From: Eledone cirrhosa
Lineage: Eukaryota
Assembly: GCA_964016885.1 (NCBI GenBank)
Contig: OZ024742.1
Location: 304,048,001-304,112,000 of the forward strand
Reading direction: 5' to 3'
DNA length: 64,000 bases
How positions within the stretch are numbered: position 1 is the stretch's first letter; every line of letters begins with the position of its first letter. The notes under the pieces are model-generated. The model was not told the origin of the DNA and did no database searches. It saw only the letters and a list, made by a program, of their open reading frames with translations. Position numbers and translations under genes: made by a program. Of the stretch, positions 39,194-52,399 are shown one piece after another.

Positions 39194-39225
39194 AATGAAA
39201 AATGGCGTGCTGTGCTGTTGCATAT
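39123..39225. repeat. Palindrome centred on (TA)n, formed by two element termini; related end at 40093-40121
   Basis: GCAACACCACAGCACGCCATTTTTCATTCC-(TA)n-GGAATGAAAAATGGCGTGCTGTGCTGTTGC. Confidence 0.8.
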
Positions 39226-39463
39226 GTGATATACAAATTAAAATGAATAATTAGTATCGTTACCAAAGTCCAGCTCTTCGTTCTGTACCATCTTTATTGA
39301 GGGCATGAACTCGTATTGGAATGTATATGTAAACATTATTTTTATCATCATTCAAATTGCATAGATATAATATACATGTATATATTTCTATCTGATCGTA
39401 TATATGCGCATAGTTGTATACATAAACATATTCACACACAGCCACACACACACGCGCGCGCAC

Positions 39464-39565
<102 letters not shown>

Positions 39566-40118
39566 TTTTCATTCACATATATTTTTCCCCTCGCTGTGGT
39601 TCGTATTTTTTCTGTCACCTTACTGCTATCCTCTTTCTCTCTCACCCTTCTCTCTCCTCGTACCTCTTGCTTTCATTCACCCCTCTACTGGTCACCCACT
39701 CCATCGCCTAGCCTCTTCCTCACACTTTCACTCGCTCACTCTCTGCTACTCCCCCTCTCTCACTTCCTCCGTCTGACCTGTGTGAAATTCTTTCTCTCTC
39801 ACTTTTCGCGTGGCTCGGACGAGTCTGCTTCTTCTCGTCATTTGATATATTCGGACTTAAGCCCACAATATTCATTGACATGACTCTCTTTTCCTCTCTT
39901 TACGTTGCGTTAATACCATGTTGTTTGTTTACTTTTTTTCTTTTCGCTCTGTCTCGATAACTTAATTCAGTTATCGCTCGCACTGATTTTAGGTATCTAG
40001 TCTTTAATGCGAAGAAATACCAATGATAATCACCAGACTACTGATGATGGACAGTCGTGTCTCGGTCTATTTTCATTCATATGTTCACATTCGCAACAAC
40101 GCACCACGCCATTTTTCA

Positions 40119-40163
<45 letters not shown>

Positions 40164-40175
40164 ATAATTGCGGAG

Positions 40176-40241
<66 letters not shown>

Positions 40242-40970
40242 TAACATACACATTCTTATATAAATATATATATATATATTTAAATATATATGACTGTGTA
40301 TATGTGTTGAGTGTGAACTACAACTTGTTTCTCTAAGAATCTCTTAGATGTTAAATCTGTGAAATCTTTTGATAAAAAAGATCAGCATAGCTGGAATATA
40401 TGACAACAAATTAAAGAAGAGTTTACGAAAATGAATAAATTGAGAAATAACTTACAATGGAAATCATTATAAGTATTAAGAAAATGAATTCAAATAAAGT
40501 GGAGCTAAAAACAGGGGATAATAAAATTTACAATAACAGATGAAAAAAACAACTCTGTAATAGCTTCGGTGTAGATAGAGATAAATATAAAACATGGCAT
40601 GAAATTAAAAGCATGTGTGTGAGAATGAATACATTACAATAAATTTCATACTATAAATGATAACAAGGAAACATTAACATAGTTGAAAATAAAGCAGTAA
40701 CGGATGTTACTTGTTTGAATTCACATACATTGGAGGTTGCGTAATTTCGAATAATTATTCAGTATAAAAATATATAATGAAAATGTTACTAAGTAGGAAA
40801 GAATGTCTTGCGATATTCGTTTTGAATTTCTGTACTTTGAATTCTAACATTGCATCTCTTCCTTCCTGGTATAATACATAAAGTACCAGTTATGTACCAA
40901 GCCCGATATAATGAATTTCCCCTTCCCTCAAATTGCTATCGTCGTGGCTAAATTAAAAAAAAAATTTATA

Positions 40971-41045
40971 TTGGTAGAATCGGTAGAGCGTCGGAAACCA
41001 TGCTTCGCGGCATATAGTTACGGCCCTTTAGTTTCTGATTTTCAA
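40971..41045 (+). mobile_element. SINE 5' head fragment
   Basis: TTGGTAGAATCGGTAGAGCGTCGGAAACCATGCTTCGCGGCATATAGTTACGGCCC. Confidence 0.65.
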
Positions 41046-41727
41046 TCAACACAGCCAAAAGAAAACTCATAAATACATAGAACTAGCAGCCAATAACACC
41101 ACACACAGACAACCTCGTGCTAAAAGATGGTTAACAAAGATTTGATGGCTCTCATAGAAAAATGTAAAAGATGAAAGAGAGGGAGATTTTTGGCACCAGC
41201 ACATCTAAAGGGCCTAAATATTAAATGATGGTCCGGATATCTCTGGTTCACAAAGACATTAGAGGGAGCTTTTCACATGATGGGGTGCCACTTATCTGAG
41301 ATCCACAAGTAGGCTCTTAAATGGGTTCCCAAAGAAAACCCCATCACATATGGAGTTCGAATCACCTGACCTCCAGCAAGACACGGAAAAAAGGTAGACA
41401 ACACTTTTTACTCTGGACTAAACAGCCAGCTTATTGATGTATCTATGCCCTTAGGCAACAAGATATCCTTTGAGGAAACAGAGAATTAGCCCAAATATAA
41501 ATATTTGGAGGTATAAATATTATGAGTGTGGATGATGAAAATAGAAACAATCTCTGTAGCAATAAGTATGATTTTAAGTATGATTTTAAGTATGATTGTA
41601 GCAAAAATGATTTTAAAACATCACAGACAGACACATAAGCAAAATACCAGGACATACAACGCTATAGATCTATACTCGGTAATGCAGTGATAACTCACCA
41701 TAAAAAACAAAACTGTAAATGATAATG

Positions 41728-41933
41728 ATAATGGTTTCTTGTATAGGCACAAGGCCAGCAATTATAGGGTTGGAGAGAAAGTCGAGTAAATCGACCCCAG
41801 TGCGTGACTGGTACTTTAATTTATCAACCCCGTAAGGATGAAAGGCAAAGTTAACCTCGGCGGAATTTGAACTCAGATCATAAAGGGCTGTAACTCTATG
41901 CTGCAAAGCTTGGCGTCCGACTCTCTACCGATA
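41728..41933 (-). mobile_element. tRNA-derived SINE
   Basis: GGCACAAGGCCAGC...CCCCGTAAGGATGAAAGGCAAAGTTAACCTCGGCGGAATTTGAACTCAGA. Confidence 0.88.
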
Positions 41934-43119
41934 AATGATAATGATTATACCAATAATTTCTATCTTTGCCTCTTTCATAGCACTTTTGTTCTGATCGGAA
42001 GTTTGCGCTTCGCGAAAAGATTTCTGGGTACCCAAACATCATTCATTTCCCGGGAAAACGGAGTAAAGTTGGACCTGAGGCCAGCAACCAATGCCAAGAG
42101 CAAGCTAATATGTTATTGTAGCTATTCAAGAAGAGCAAAAGAGAATTAGATATTAAAAAAATATATATTCATTAGAGTTATAGATGGGGAAAATATATAT
42201 TAATATAATACTTCTGTGAAATAAATGAAATTAATGTTTCAATAGGTATATCATGTAATTAATTTGATAATTAAGTCAATGTAATAACTGGGGAGAAAAT
42301 ATTGAATTCTGGATGTAACGAGATAAATAAAAGGTGGAAATATCTGTGCATTTACTATAGATTGTCTGAAAATACATTATAAAAGAGGAAAGTTATAATA
42401 ACTAACTGTTAGTGAAGATGTATTGCTGTGTGATGTCAATGGACTTTATGTTGAAAGTGGTTTCCATTTTGGTGAAAATTTAATGACATGAAATATAAGA
42501 ACACAACGTTAGTAGGATTGTACCAGCCTGCAAAATGTTAGCACGTTGAGCTCAATAAATTATTAACTAATTTTAAATTTAACACATTTAAAATGTTTTA
42601 ATATTCTAAATATATCATGTGAGTAAAATGTAACAAATTCTCTGGTTAGCGAATATAATTCGATATGGTACTCATGTGCAAATCTAACGAAGGATTTTCT
42701 CGTTTTGGGAACGAACGAATTTTTCATTTTATATTAAGACGTGTTGGATTTCTTTAACTTTGAAATACAGCTTGATTATATGTATCAGCTATCCGGGTAC
42801 AGATACTCGATATAGATACTCCCGTCGCCCGACAATTCCGTTCCCGAGGTCACTCTTCCCTACATGTCTCAGTCCTTGGTGTTCTTTTACACTACGGATC
42901 GCAGGTCTCGCGCACCAGGACTTAACAGAATCTGATTTACTGCCTTGGGTCATATTTCCCTCATTGACTCGACTCCCCTCCCCAGTTTCTTTAATATTAC
43001 ACATATACGTTCGTGCTTACTTCTCTAACCTTTGGTCTCGTCACGTTTACTCCGTCCGTTACCAATCACACACGCGCGTGTACATTCACCGCTAGATTCC
43101 TATGCCTCTCTTATGGTCA

Positions 43120-43354
43120 GAAGCATATACTCTTACAGCTGATACAGACCAACAAAATACGCACACACACCTTTACTTTTCCCTTCACAGCTCTGTATAC
43201 AAACACATACACACACGAACACACTCCCTTATATCAACATACTTTTGCTCATAGCTTCGTACTTACAAGCACACATACACTCTTTTACTTACATAAACAC
43301 ACACGTATCCTCTTAGCTTCATACGGACGTATAATGACACACACACACACACGC

Positions 43355-43398
<44 letters not shown>

Positions 43399-43561
43399 GC
43401 ACGTGTACGCTTATAGCTCTATATACGAAACGTTTTTCTCTTCGATTTCAGGTAGACGCGCTCCATCATGAACACTTTCCAAGAGATAACAACATGACTG
43501 GACCTGTTATTTTTCCCTAAAAAACATTTTTTCCGATTCCACCCTGCCCATCACTTCAATC
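43120..43561 (+). repeat. Dispersed repeat, paralog of 22788-23300 (unclassified)
   Basis: Reverse-complement similarity across ~440 bp, including CTCATAGCTTCGTACTTACA and TTAGCTTC(A/G)TACGGACGTATAAT. Confidence 0.8.
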
Positions 43562-45090
43562 TTTCCAGGTGCGCTTTCCAACCCTTTTTTTAATATAAAT
43601 GTATATATGCCAACTTCAAGAGCAATAATGCAGAGTTCTTTCTACTGACATGGCTATAAAAATGAGGCTTGCTTGCATAATTGCAAACGAATCGAATGTT
43701 ATTATTAATATTCGAAAAACTCAGATTACACACACACACACACACACATATATACGTATATATATACATAAGATTTAATTTCGGGTTGTTGCTGGACGTG
43801 ACATAATTAACTAATCTTGCGAGGAAAGTCGATGATGTTACTTGTCAGCGAGATTGAGTTGAATATCAGGTTTAATTGTTTTTATTTCATTTAGAGACTT
43901 CGGTCATTTGGAATGTAGAGGAAAATGCTTCCCAAGCATTTGAAAATTGATGGGATTTTTGCTTTAAAGCTTATACTTTGAACAGCCTATATAACAGTCT
44001 ATGTACCTCACTTTTGTTTAAATAAGTTTTAAAACTAGTTTAGGGTTTTATTTTCTTTACTTTCTGTGGAGGCTCAGCTGCGTGATTCGGGGTTATAGAT
44101 TTATAGTCTTTGTAATGTCCTGTTAATTTCAAGATAAATTATGTTGCTTTAAGAAGCCATTTAAATTATACTTTTAATATTAATTCAATAATAACAGTAA
44201 TAATAAGACCATAATATAATGATAATAATTTCACATTTTTCGAATTTTCTGTTTTGAGGATACTGATATTTAGTTGAGACATTCATGCCTTTTGATAGTG
44301 TAATAACCGTTTTTCCAGCTGTGTTTTGAGATTTCTCACCATGTTACTAGTTAATATTGCAAGAATCCCTGAATAGCTAGCTACTTAGAAATTCAATCGG
44401 AATAGTAAAAGGTTAATATAAAATTGACCCTTGACTGCAATCAACATCCTCTAATTAATAGGTGTAGTGCAGTCAAATGGACACCATTAGAAATTTTTCA
44501 AGTGGAGAAAGCAATGGATTAAAATCAATGAAGCGTATCATCAATTAAAATGTATAACATTATTTAAAAGTGTTGAAGTAAATTTATTATACATTTTGTA
44601 GCTTTAGGTTTTGTGATTTGTTTATTGATTAATGCTTTTTCTCTTAAAAAAATTAATTTGAAATATAGTTAATAATAACTGATATTGAAATTGTAAAAAA
44701 TAACAAACTTTGAATGAAATATAGAGAATGTGATTTAGAGAAAAATGCACGGATAAGAGAAAGAAAGTTGGTAAAAGAGAGAGCGGGATATAGAAAAATT
44801 GTAGATGCAGAAAAGAGAAAGTGGGTGAGTGAGAGAATGAGAGTGAGAGTGATAGATAGAAAATAAATGAGAGAGAGGGAGTGGGATATATATATATATA
44901 TAATATATAGAGAGAGAGAGAGAGCGAGAGAGGGAGAGAGAGAGAGCAAGGCAAGTGTTGAAGTAGAAAAAAGTGAGAACATATAATCGAAATATATTTA
45001 CAGTGTAAGACAGAGTCATTGAAAAAGAGACAGGAATAATTACTGACAAATAGAATAAAATATCAATGCAAGAAGAAGTTAGATAAAAGG

Positions 45091-45156
45091 CTATCGCAAA
45101 TACAAACTATCGCTAATACAAACTATCGCTAATAGTACTATCGCAAATACAAACTA
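45091..45156. repeat. 16-bp tandem repeat
   Basis: CTATCGC(A/T)AATACAAA about four times. Confidence 0.8.
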
Positions 45157-45645
45157 GTTGGTCACGTTGCACTATATATATATTGAAGGTCACTCACTTC
45201 TTTGAGATCACATTTTTTAATAGCGCAAAAATTTTCCAACTTGTTCTAAATATCATTTCATTTCAGATAAATAACGACAGGCTTCAAACTAACTCAGCAA
45301 CTGAAATGCATAATGTAATCTTTACAATGAAAGCACTATTTACTGATTTAGAGGTTGCTGGCTTCCCGAAAGTTGCACGCATTTTGTTGTCAAAATACGC
45401 AAAGAGCCACAAACCGCTGGCTGGGATTCTACAACAGTTGCCAAACAGAAAACGCATGCTAGGGGTCCTAATATAATCAGAACACAAAAATGTGTTCTCT
45501 ATGTTCAGAAAATAATCGATAAGTATCACCATTGTTAAATAGTTCAAGATTTCAAGTCACACGGTCGGAAGAATTGCACAAGAGGACTTTTCACACAAGT
45601 TACATGCGTTGCGATGACCAATTCAGGTCTGCAAACAATGTATAT

Positions 45646-45717
<72 letters not shown>

Positions 45718-46387
45718 TATATATACATATGTGTGTTTGTGTATGTGCATATGTGTGTGTGCGTGAATGTGTGGGTACGTATGCTATATATGCTGTCAGT
45801 GTAAATATATGTCTAACTACACAAGAACACATACACATATCAAAAGGAAGAGAAATAAAAAAAATCGAAAATATAAACAGTTGCGTTTAAAAAAATCTGT
45901 AGAACAAATGAAGATGAAGAAGTGAAAAATAAATTAAAAACATATAAGAACGAGAACGTGAAGTGGAGATACAGAAAGACAAATACAAGGAAAAGTAAAC
46001 AATGGAAAGAATATACAAAATATAAAGAGAGAAAGCAACGGAATATAGGATGAGAGGAAAGAAGAGAGAGATAGAGAACAAGGAAGTTTGACATTGTTAA
46101 TGAGTTGGTAATACCATTAATTCTACATGAAATTGAATAACTTTCATAGACAAGTGAATAATTCCTAGAGAATTGCATAGAATTACTGGAAAGACGACAT
46201 GGCATTTTAACAGTGACTAATTTCATTTCAATAATTTCAATAATGGATCACAAAACCTAATTCAAATTTGTCTCGCAATCATTCTGTATTTCTTCCTTTA
46301 ACCGCCTCCCCCCCAAACCACACACATACAAACACCCACACATACACATACACGCACACACATGATCATAAACACATACACACACAA

Positions 46388-46418
<31 letters not shown>

Positions 46419-46503
46419 CACACCTACGCACACACACACATACGCACATACACACACATATATATATATGTATGTATGTGTATGTGTGTGTTTATGTCTG
46501 TGT

Positions 46504-46569
<66 letters not shown>

Positions 46570-49500
46570 ATGTGTGTGTTCGTGTGTATGTGTGTATGTG
46601 TGTATGTGTGTATGTGGATGTATTTGTGTGTATGAGTTTGAAGCGGATGCCAAATGCTAATGTATCGTTATTTCTTTCATTTTCTTGCATCACTTTCACT
46701 ACATCGTCTATCTTCATCCTCACCTTTCTCTCTTATTTTCACTACCTCAATATATATATGTTTGTGTATGGATGTATACCTGTGGGGGAGGGGGGGGGTT
46801 ATTCTTTTCCCTGCATAATGCTACGACCATGTTGTAGAACAGCCTTCCCGGGATTTAGTCAATAATATCAACACCAGTATTTGAATTTTTTTTTAAAGTC
46901 GATTCACTAAATTATTGGACATAAACAAACAGTAAACCTAAACACTAAGACAGAAACATACTCACACACACATCCATACACACAAATACATACACGTATA
47001 CATACACACACATACTAACACATACAGTCGTACACACATACATGACAAATTTGCAGAGATATTATTGTGTGCACGTTTGTAAATGCATTTTTGTGCGAGT
47101 AAATACTTCTGTATGAATGCGTGAGCATATGCCTGCACATATGCTTAAAACTGTAATTTGAAACTGTCTTTATTTCTCCGTTAAAGATAAACTTAGATCT
47201 ATCGTCTGTACTATAGAACTTCCCTTACATAAAATCCTTGATCCTCTCTCTAAAATTCTGAAACCAACTGAAATGATAATTATCATAATCAACGATGTCG
47301 ATCCTTCCACAGTTGAACATAATGCATGTATCTATCGTGGGTATTTCTAACTACACCTCTGTTAATTATATCTCGTCTATCATCCTCATAAGTGGCCGAA
47401 TAAAGTCATGAAGTATCTACTGTTTCGGCAATGTCCTCGTACATCATCCAAGATTTGTTTCTTATTTTGAACAAAATGCCACACATTTAACACCAAAACA
47501 TATCTTGTAAAACATATCGCTTCATGATGACGAGAAGAAATTCAAGCCATGGCTAAATTTGAACGTAACATGCATTGAAATTAAAATAAAACGTTTAGTT
47601 CAAATCTTTCGCATTATTGTCACTCTATATTTCTCTCTATTACCCTGCTGGATTGTCGTAGTTCTAAGTAATATGAAAAAATTACAAAGAAGTTCCCTTT
47701 GTTGCGAAACTCATTCCTCCTTGTTCTATGTGACTGTACAATGAAAGCTAAATCATTGTTGCACTATCTATAAGATCTTAAGCGCCAATTTCCGGATTCA
47801 TTGTTTTCATTGTATATGAATCTTAGTTTTTATACTGTTTATAAGCCTTATTCGATAATGTATGTATATTATTGAGTCATCTTACAATCTAGTCAACCAC
47901 GAAGGATTCCTCGATGCCGAAGAATATTATATTTCAAATGGATTTTACCATTCCACAAGCTCAGGTGATATTATGTTTACGCATATCACAGGGCGGCAAA
48001 TGAAAAGTAAAATAAGAAACACGCAGAAACTAAAAATTTGAACTGTAATTTTTTGATGTTTGTTGGTTGAGAATGCTCAGATAATTGTATTATTATTCAT
48101 TTTATATTCTGAATATTTTTGGCTTTACAATTATTTTAGTACAGTATTCCTTCCCATAAAGTCAGCAATAATACCTTCTAATTATATTTATTTCCCAATC
48201 ACAAGACAAAACTAACACGATAATAGATATTTTAGACTGTAAAAGAGGATAGCGCAGTCTCAGTCACCAACTATTTGTCAGGATGCTAGACACTGCTAGC
48301 GTTCTTTTTGCATGGTTTAATTGTCGCGACCACTCCATTGAGAATATTTAATACCCTTTTAATATGGTTTTGCGACTGCAGTCAGTTACGAAATTTCTCT
48401 TTAAAGTTTCCATTTTATATCTCTAATTTAAGTGTTAACATTTTGTGCAGGGGACTAAGAAGTGTTTGCCCCCTAATTCCCAAATTAACGCTTCGAATCG
48501 TGTAGATTTCTCATTTATTGCACCTGTGTCAGATGTGTTCTTCGTATAGAGAACAGCAGACTCGTAAAAGAGAACAAGTCTCGGAGAATGATGCGTATAT
48601 ATACGTGTGTACACGCGTATTTATTTTTGTACGCGGGTGTGTTTGTGTGTGTACGTATACATGCGAGGTAAGTGCGCATGTGTGTTTATGTATGTGTGTA
48701 TAAGTGCACGCGTGTGTAGTGAAGCTATTAGATGCATAGATCTCACTAATTTTCTCAATCTATTTCTCTCTATTTTCCTTTCCACCCTTTTTTCTCGCTG
48801 TCTTTTTCTACATTTAATTCCTCGTTCTTTCTTTTTCTGTCTATCTGTCTTCCTGTGTTCCTCTAATTTTTCGTTTCGGTTCCCTATCACAGGGTTAATC
48901 TGTATTATCAATTAGAATAGGAAAACTACTGAAAATTAGAAGAACAATGAGAGAAGATCATAGTAAGGCCAACTTAAATTGCTAAAGTTTGGCTGAACGA
49001 TACAAAGGGATGAGACATTTCCGTTCCGGTAAAGATTCCCCAGAGATGCCCACGGTCAATGGATGATAAAGTTAACAAGGCAACGAAAGTTGGCCGTATT
49101 TCCGTTTTGTTGTAAACGTCTAATCGGCTTCCCGCCATATACCAATCTCTTGGCAAGATTATGGATTTCTGCTGATGTCCTCTTGCAAGGAAGAAATACC
49201 TCCCAGCTTCTTTTTTCTTCCTTCTTGTCGAAGTAATGGAAATGAAAAGAAAAGATGCAGAAGAGGTCAATAGTGGCAGTACACATCTGGAGCAAGCGTT
49301 TCTTAAGACATTTCAATATCTAGGTTATTTTGAACAGAAACATACGAATCAGATTCTCCCTGCTCTTTGATTCCCACCTCCTCTCACTACTTCATGCTTG
49401 TATTACATACCATTTATTTCTATTCATATAATACATACTAATATATTTGCATATTTGTATCTGTGAATGTATACAAGCACATAGCCAGATATAAATATAG

Positions 49501-50059
49501 GTTCATATTTCTTAGTTATACTTAAACACATACATACACATGCGTGCACACACACACACATACAATATATAGATATGTATATATTTCTAGGTGTGTGTGT
49601 GTGAGAGAGAGAGAGAATGTGTGTGTATGTGTGTATATGTGTGTGTGTATGTGTGTATATATGTGTGTATATGTGTGTATATGTGTGTGTATGTGTGTAT
49701 ATGTCTGTGTGTGTATGTGTGTATATGTGTGTATATGTGTGTGTGCTTTTATTCATATCTCATAATAAAGCGTTGGTATACATATTATGAGAAATAACCA
49801 GTACTATATAAATAAATCATGATCGCAGATTGTATAGCAAACAATAGACTGACGGTGGCGTCTCACATCGATTACCCGCACACTCGGAAACTATGTGCAT
49901 CTGCTGTTTCCATTGCTATTTCTATATGCATATATATTATAGGAATATATAATACAGGAGTATGAAGGAAAAAGAACGCTTTCGTACACATTGCTTGTTT
50001 GCCTCAGTATATACATACATACATATATATATATATATAGAGAGAGAGAGAGCGAGAGA

Positions 50060-50503
50060 GCTCAGGATTTTACCAGTTTTGCACCGGTATGACCAGTATT
50101 CAGCAGATTATTCGATAGATGGGATACTAGAATGTATTAGAGAGTCGAGACCGATGGTTGCGCACTTGCCCATTCGACAGCTAATTCGTGACCCAGTGTC
50201 TGGAATTAGCGGTCAAAATGGCAAGAGTTCAGCTGTCGTGTCCCGACTATCTCTATCACACACACACACACACACACATTCTCTCTCACACCCTCATATA
50301 TATAGGAAAAGATTCAGGACCCCGACGGCTGAGATCCGGCCATTTCGACAGCTAGATCCGAACTGTTTGCATCTAGCTGTCGAAATACCGGAGCTCAGCC
50401 GTCGGGGTCCTGACTCTTTTCCTGTTACCCATTCTACTATCCTAAGTATCGAGTACTCTGGTGCGTTATGGTCCATCTGGTATCTTACTACTCACTCTTT
50501 GTT
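50060..50503. mobile_element. Two related GC-rich fold-back elements back to back (hairpins ~50138-50254 and ~50304-50423)
   Basis: GGAAAAGATTCAGGACCCCGACGGCTGAG...TTTCGACAGCTAGAT pairs with ATCTAGCTGTCGAAA...CTCAGCCGTCGGGGTCCTGACTCTTTTCC. The first hairpin shares TTCGACAGCTA and a similar outward extension (CATTCTA.TATCC...TATCGA). Confidence 0.75.
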
Positions 50504-50951
50504 ATATATATATAAGTTAAAAAAATGAATTAAAAATTCAAGTCATTAGAAATATATTTCACTGCTTTATGGTCGTTTCTAGGTGATAATAATACATCGT
50601 ACGCATAATTCTTTATCGAAATACGTAGGGTTAGTTACAAAATATCAAATAAGGAATATATTTACCAACATGTATATCATCAGCCGTTGTCAGAAGCAAT
50701 GAAAATGTTATTCAAAATCAATAGTAAATTGAGTTCTATGACCTTATTTGGAGGTAGCTGAAGAACAAACCAATCAAATGTTTTTTTGCCATATGATGTT
50801 AAAATGAAATATAACTCTCTTTAGTTCCCTTTGAAAGAAATGGTTGAATGGTGTTAAAAATAGAATTATTATAAAGAACCTATGAAGAAAAGGGATTAGT
50901 TATATTGATAGTGGAATGTAGATGCTCATTTGTTCAACACTAACAAAGTAA

Positions 50952-50992
50952 CGCTGTACTATTTTCAAGCTTATTAGCTATCGTCAGCAACG
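50952..50992 (-). ncRNA. Type I hammerhead (variant GAAAA)
   Basis: Minus strand: CGTTG-CTGACGA-TAGCT AATA AGCTT-GAAAA-TA-GTA-CAGCG. Confidence 0.7.
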
Positions 50993-51450
50993 TATACCTT
51001 CCTGCCAGATGATTGAACGTCTGAAAGTATATACTTTCCTTATGCATATTAACGGCTGAGCAGCCTAATTTGCATATCGAGTGAGTTAATAGGCCGGGCG
51101 CACCGAAAACGATAAACGGAAAAAATGAAACGAAATTTCATTTCTCACACTTAGTACGGCTGTTACTTAAATATAAGTATGTATACGTACATACATATAC
51201 GTATACAGACGTACAGTAGTATGTATATATATATATATATATACGTGCACACATATATATATATGTACGTATGGATTCACCGAACATTTATTATAATGCT
51301 CGGTGTGTTTGTAAACAAACATCCCGAATTAAGCCGTAGAGTGTCTAGGCCGATTAACTCACCCGATATGCAAATTAGGCTGCTCAGCCGTTAATATACA
51401 TAAGGAACATATATACTTTCAGACGTTCAATCATCTGGCAGGAAGGTATA

Positions 51451-51491
51451 CGTTGCTGACGATAGCTAATAAGCTTGAAACTAGTACAGCG
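51451..51491 (+). ncRNA. Minimal type I hammerhead ribozyme, canonical core
   Basis: CGTTG-CTGACGA-TAGCT AATA AGCTT-GAAAC-TA-GTA-CAGCG. Palindromic stem III ACTAGT, GUA triplet. Confidence 0.87.
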
Positions 51492-51883
51492 TTCCTTTCT
51501 CAGTGTTGAACAAATGAGCAACGATGGTTGCTAGACACTGTACGGCTTAATTCGGGATGTTTGTTTACAAACACACCGAGCATTACAATAAATGTTCGGT
51601 GAATCCATAGGTACATATATATATATGTGTGCATGTATGTATATATATATACATAATACTGTACGTCTGTATACATATATGTATGTACGTATACAAACGT
51701 ATATTTAAGTAACAGCCGTACTAAGAGTGAGAAATGAAATTTCGTTTCATTTTTTTCCGTTTATCGTTTTCGGTGCGCCCGGCCGATTAACTCACTCGAT
51801 ATGTAAATTAGGCTGCTCAGCCGTTAATATGCATAAGGAAAGTATATACTTTCAGACATTCAATCATCTGGCAGGAAGGTATA

Positions 51884-51924
51884 CGTTGCTGACGATAGCT
51901 ATTAAGCTTGAAACTAGTGCAGCG
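51884..51924 (+). ncRNA. Type I hammerhead, tandem copy with GUG triplet (predicted impaired)
   Basis: CGTTG-CTGACGA-TAGCT ATTA AGCTT-GAAAC-TA-GTG-CAGCG. Confidence 0.72.
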
Positions 51925-52036
51925 TTCCTTTGTCAGTTTTGAACAAACGAGCAACGATGGTTGCAAGACACTACGGCTTAATACGGGATGTTTGTTTACA
52001 TAAGAGTGAGAAATGAAATTTCGTTTCATTTTTTCC

Positions 52037-52108
<72 letters not shown>

Positions 52109-52119
52109 TATATATATAC

Positions 52120-52191
<72 letters not shown>

Positions 52192-52399
52192 AGAATACTT
52201 TCGAAACAGCGAGCGGGTTTGAAATTATTATAAATGTAAGCTATCGCCGTATTTTGACTAAAGAAATTAAAGAAATAATTTCTCCCCGGAGACTTGGATC
52301 GACTCCGAACACCACCTTGGCACCCCGGGGCATCATCGACCATCAGTTCTACTAGACCAGTAGCAATCATGGAGGCAGGTAACACTAGTATAAATAATA

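Larger units (their letters stand above)
50923..52040. mobile_element. Retrozyme-like non-coding element: one inverted unit (50923-51348) plus ~1.6 tandem 433-bp units (51349-52040), three hammerheads
   Basis: GGCCGATTAACTCAC at 51348 and 51781; reverse-complement copy to the left; ends in (TA)n. Confidence 0.9.

Noticed and set aside
45183-45476. 97-aa ORF, possible transposase fragment
   Set aside because: No identifiable motif or paired termini.
48974-49316. Overlapping minus-strand ORFs in non-repetitive sequence (possible host exon or UTR)
   Set aside because: No recognisable domain and no convincing splice context; cannot be supported without transcript data.
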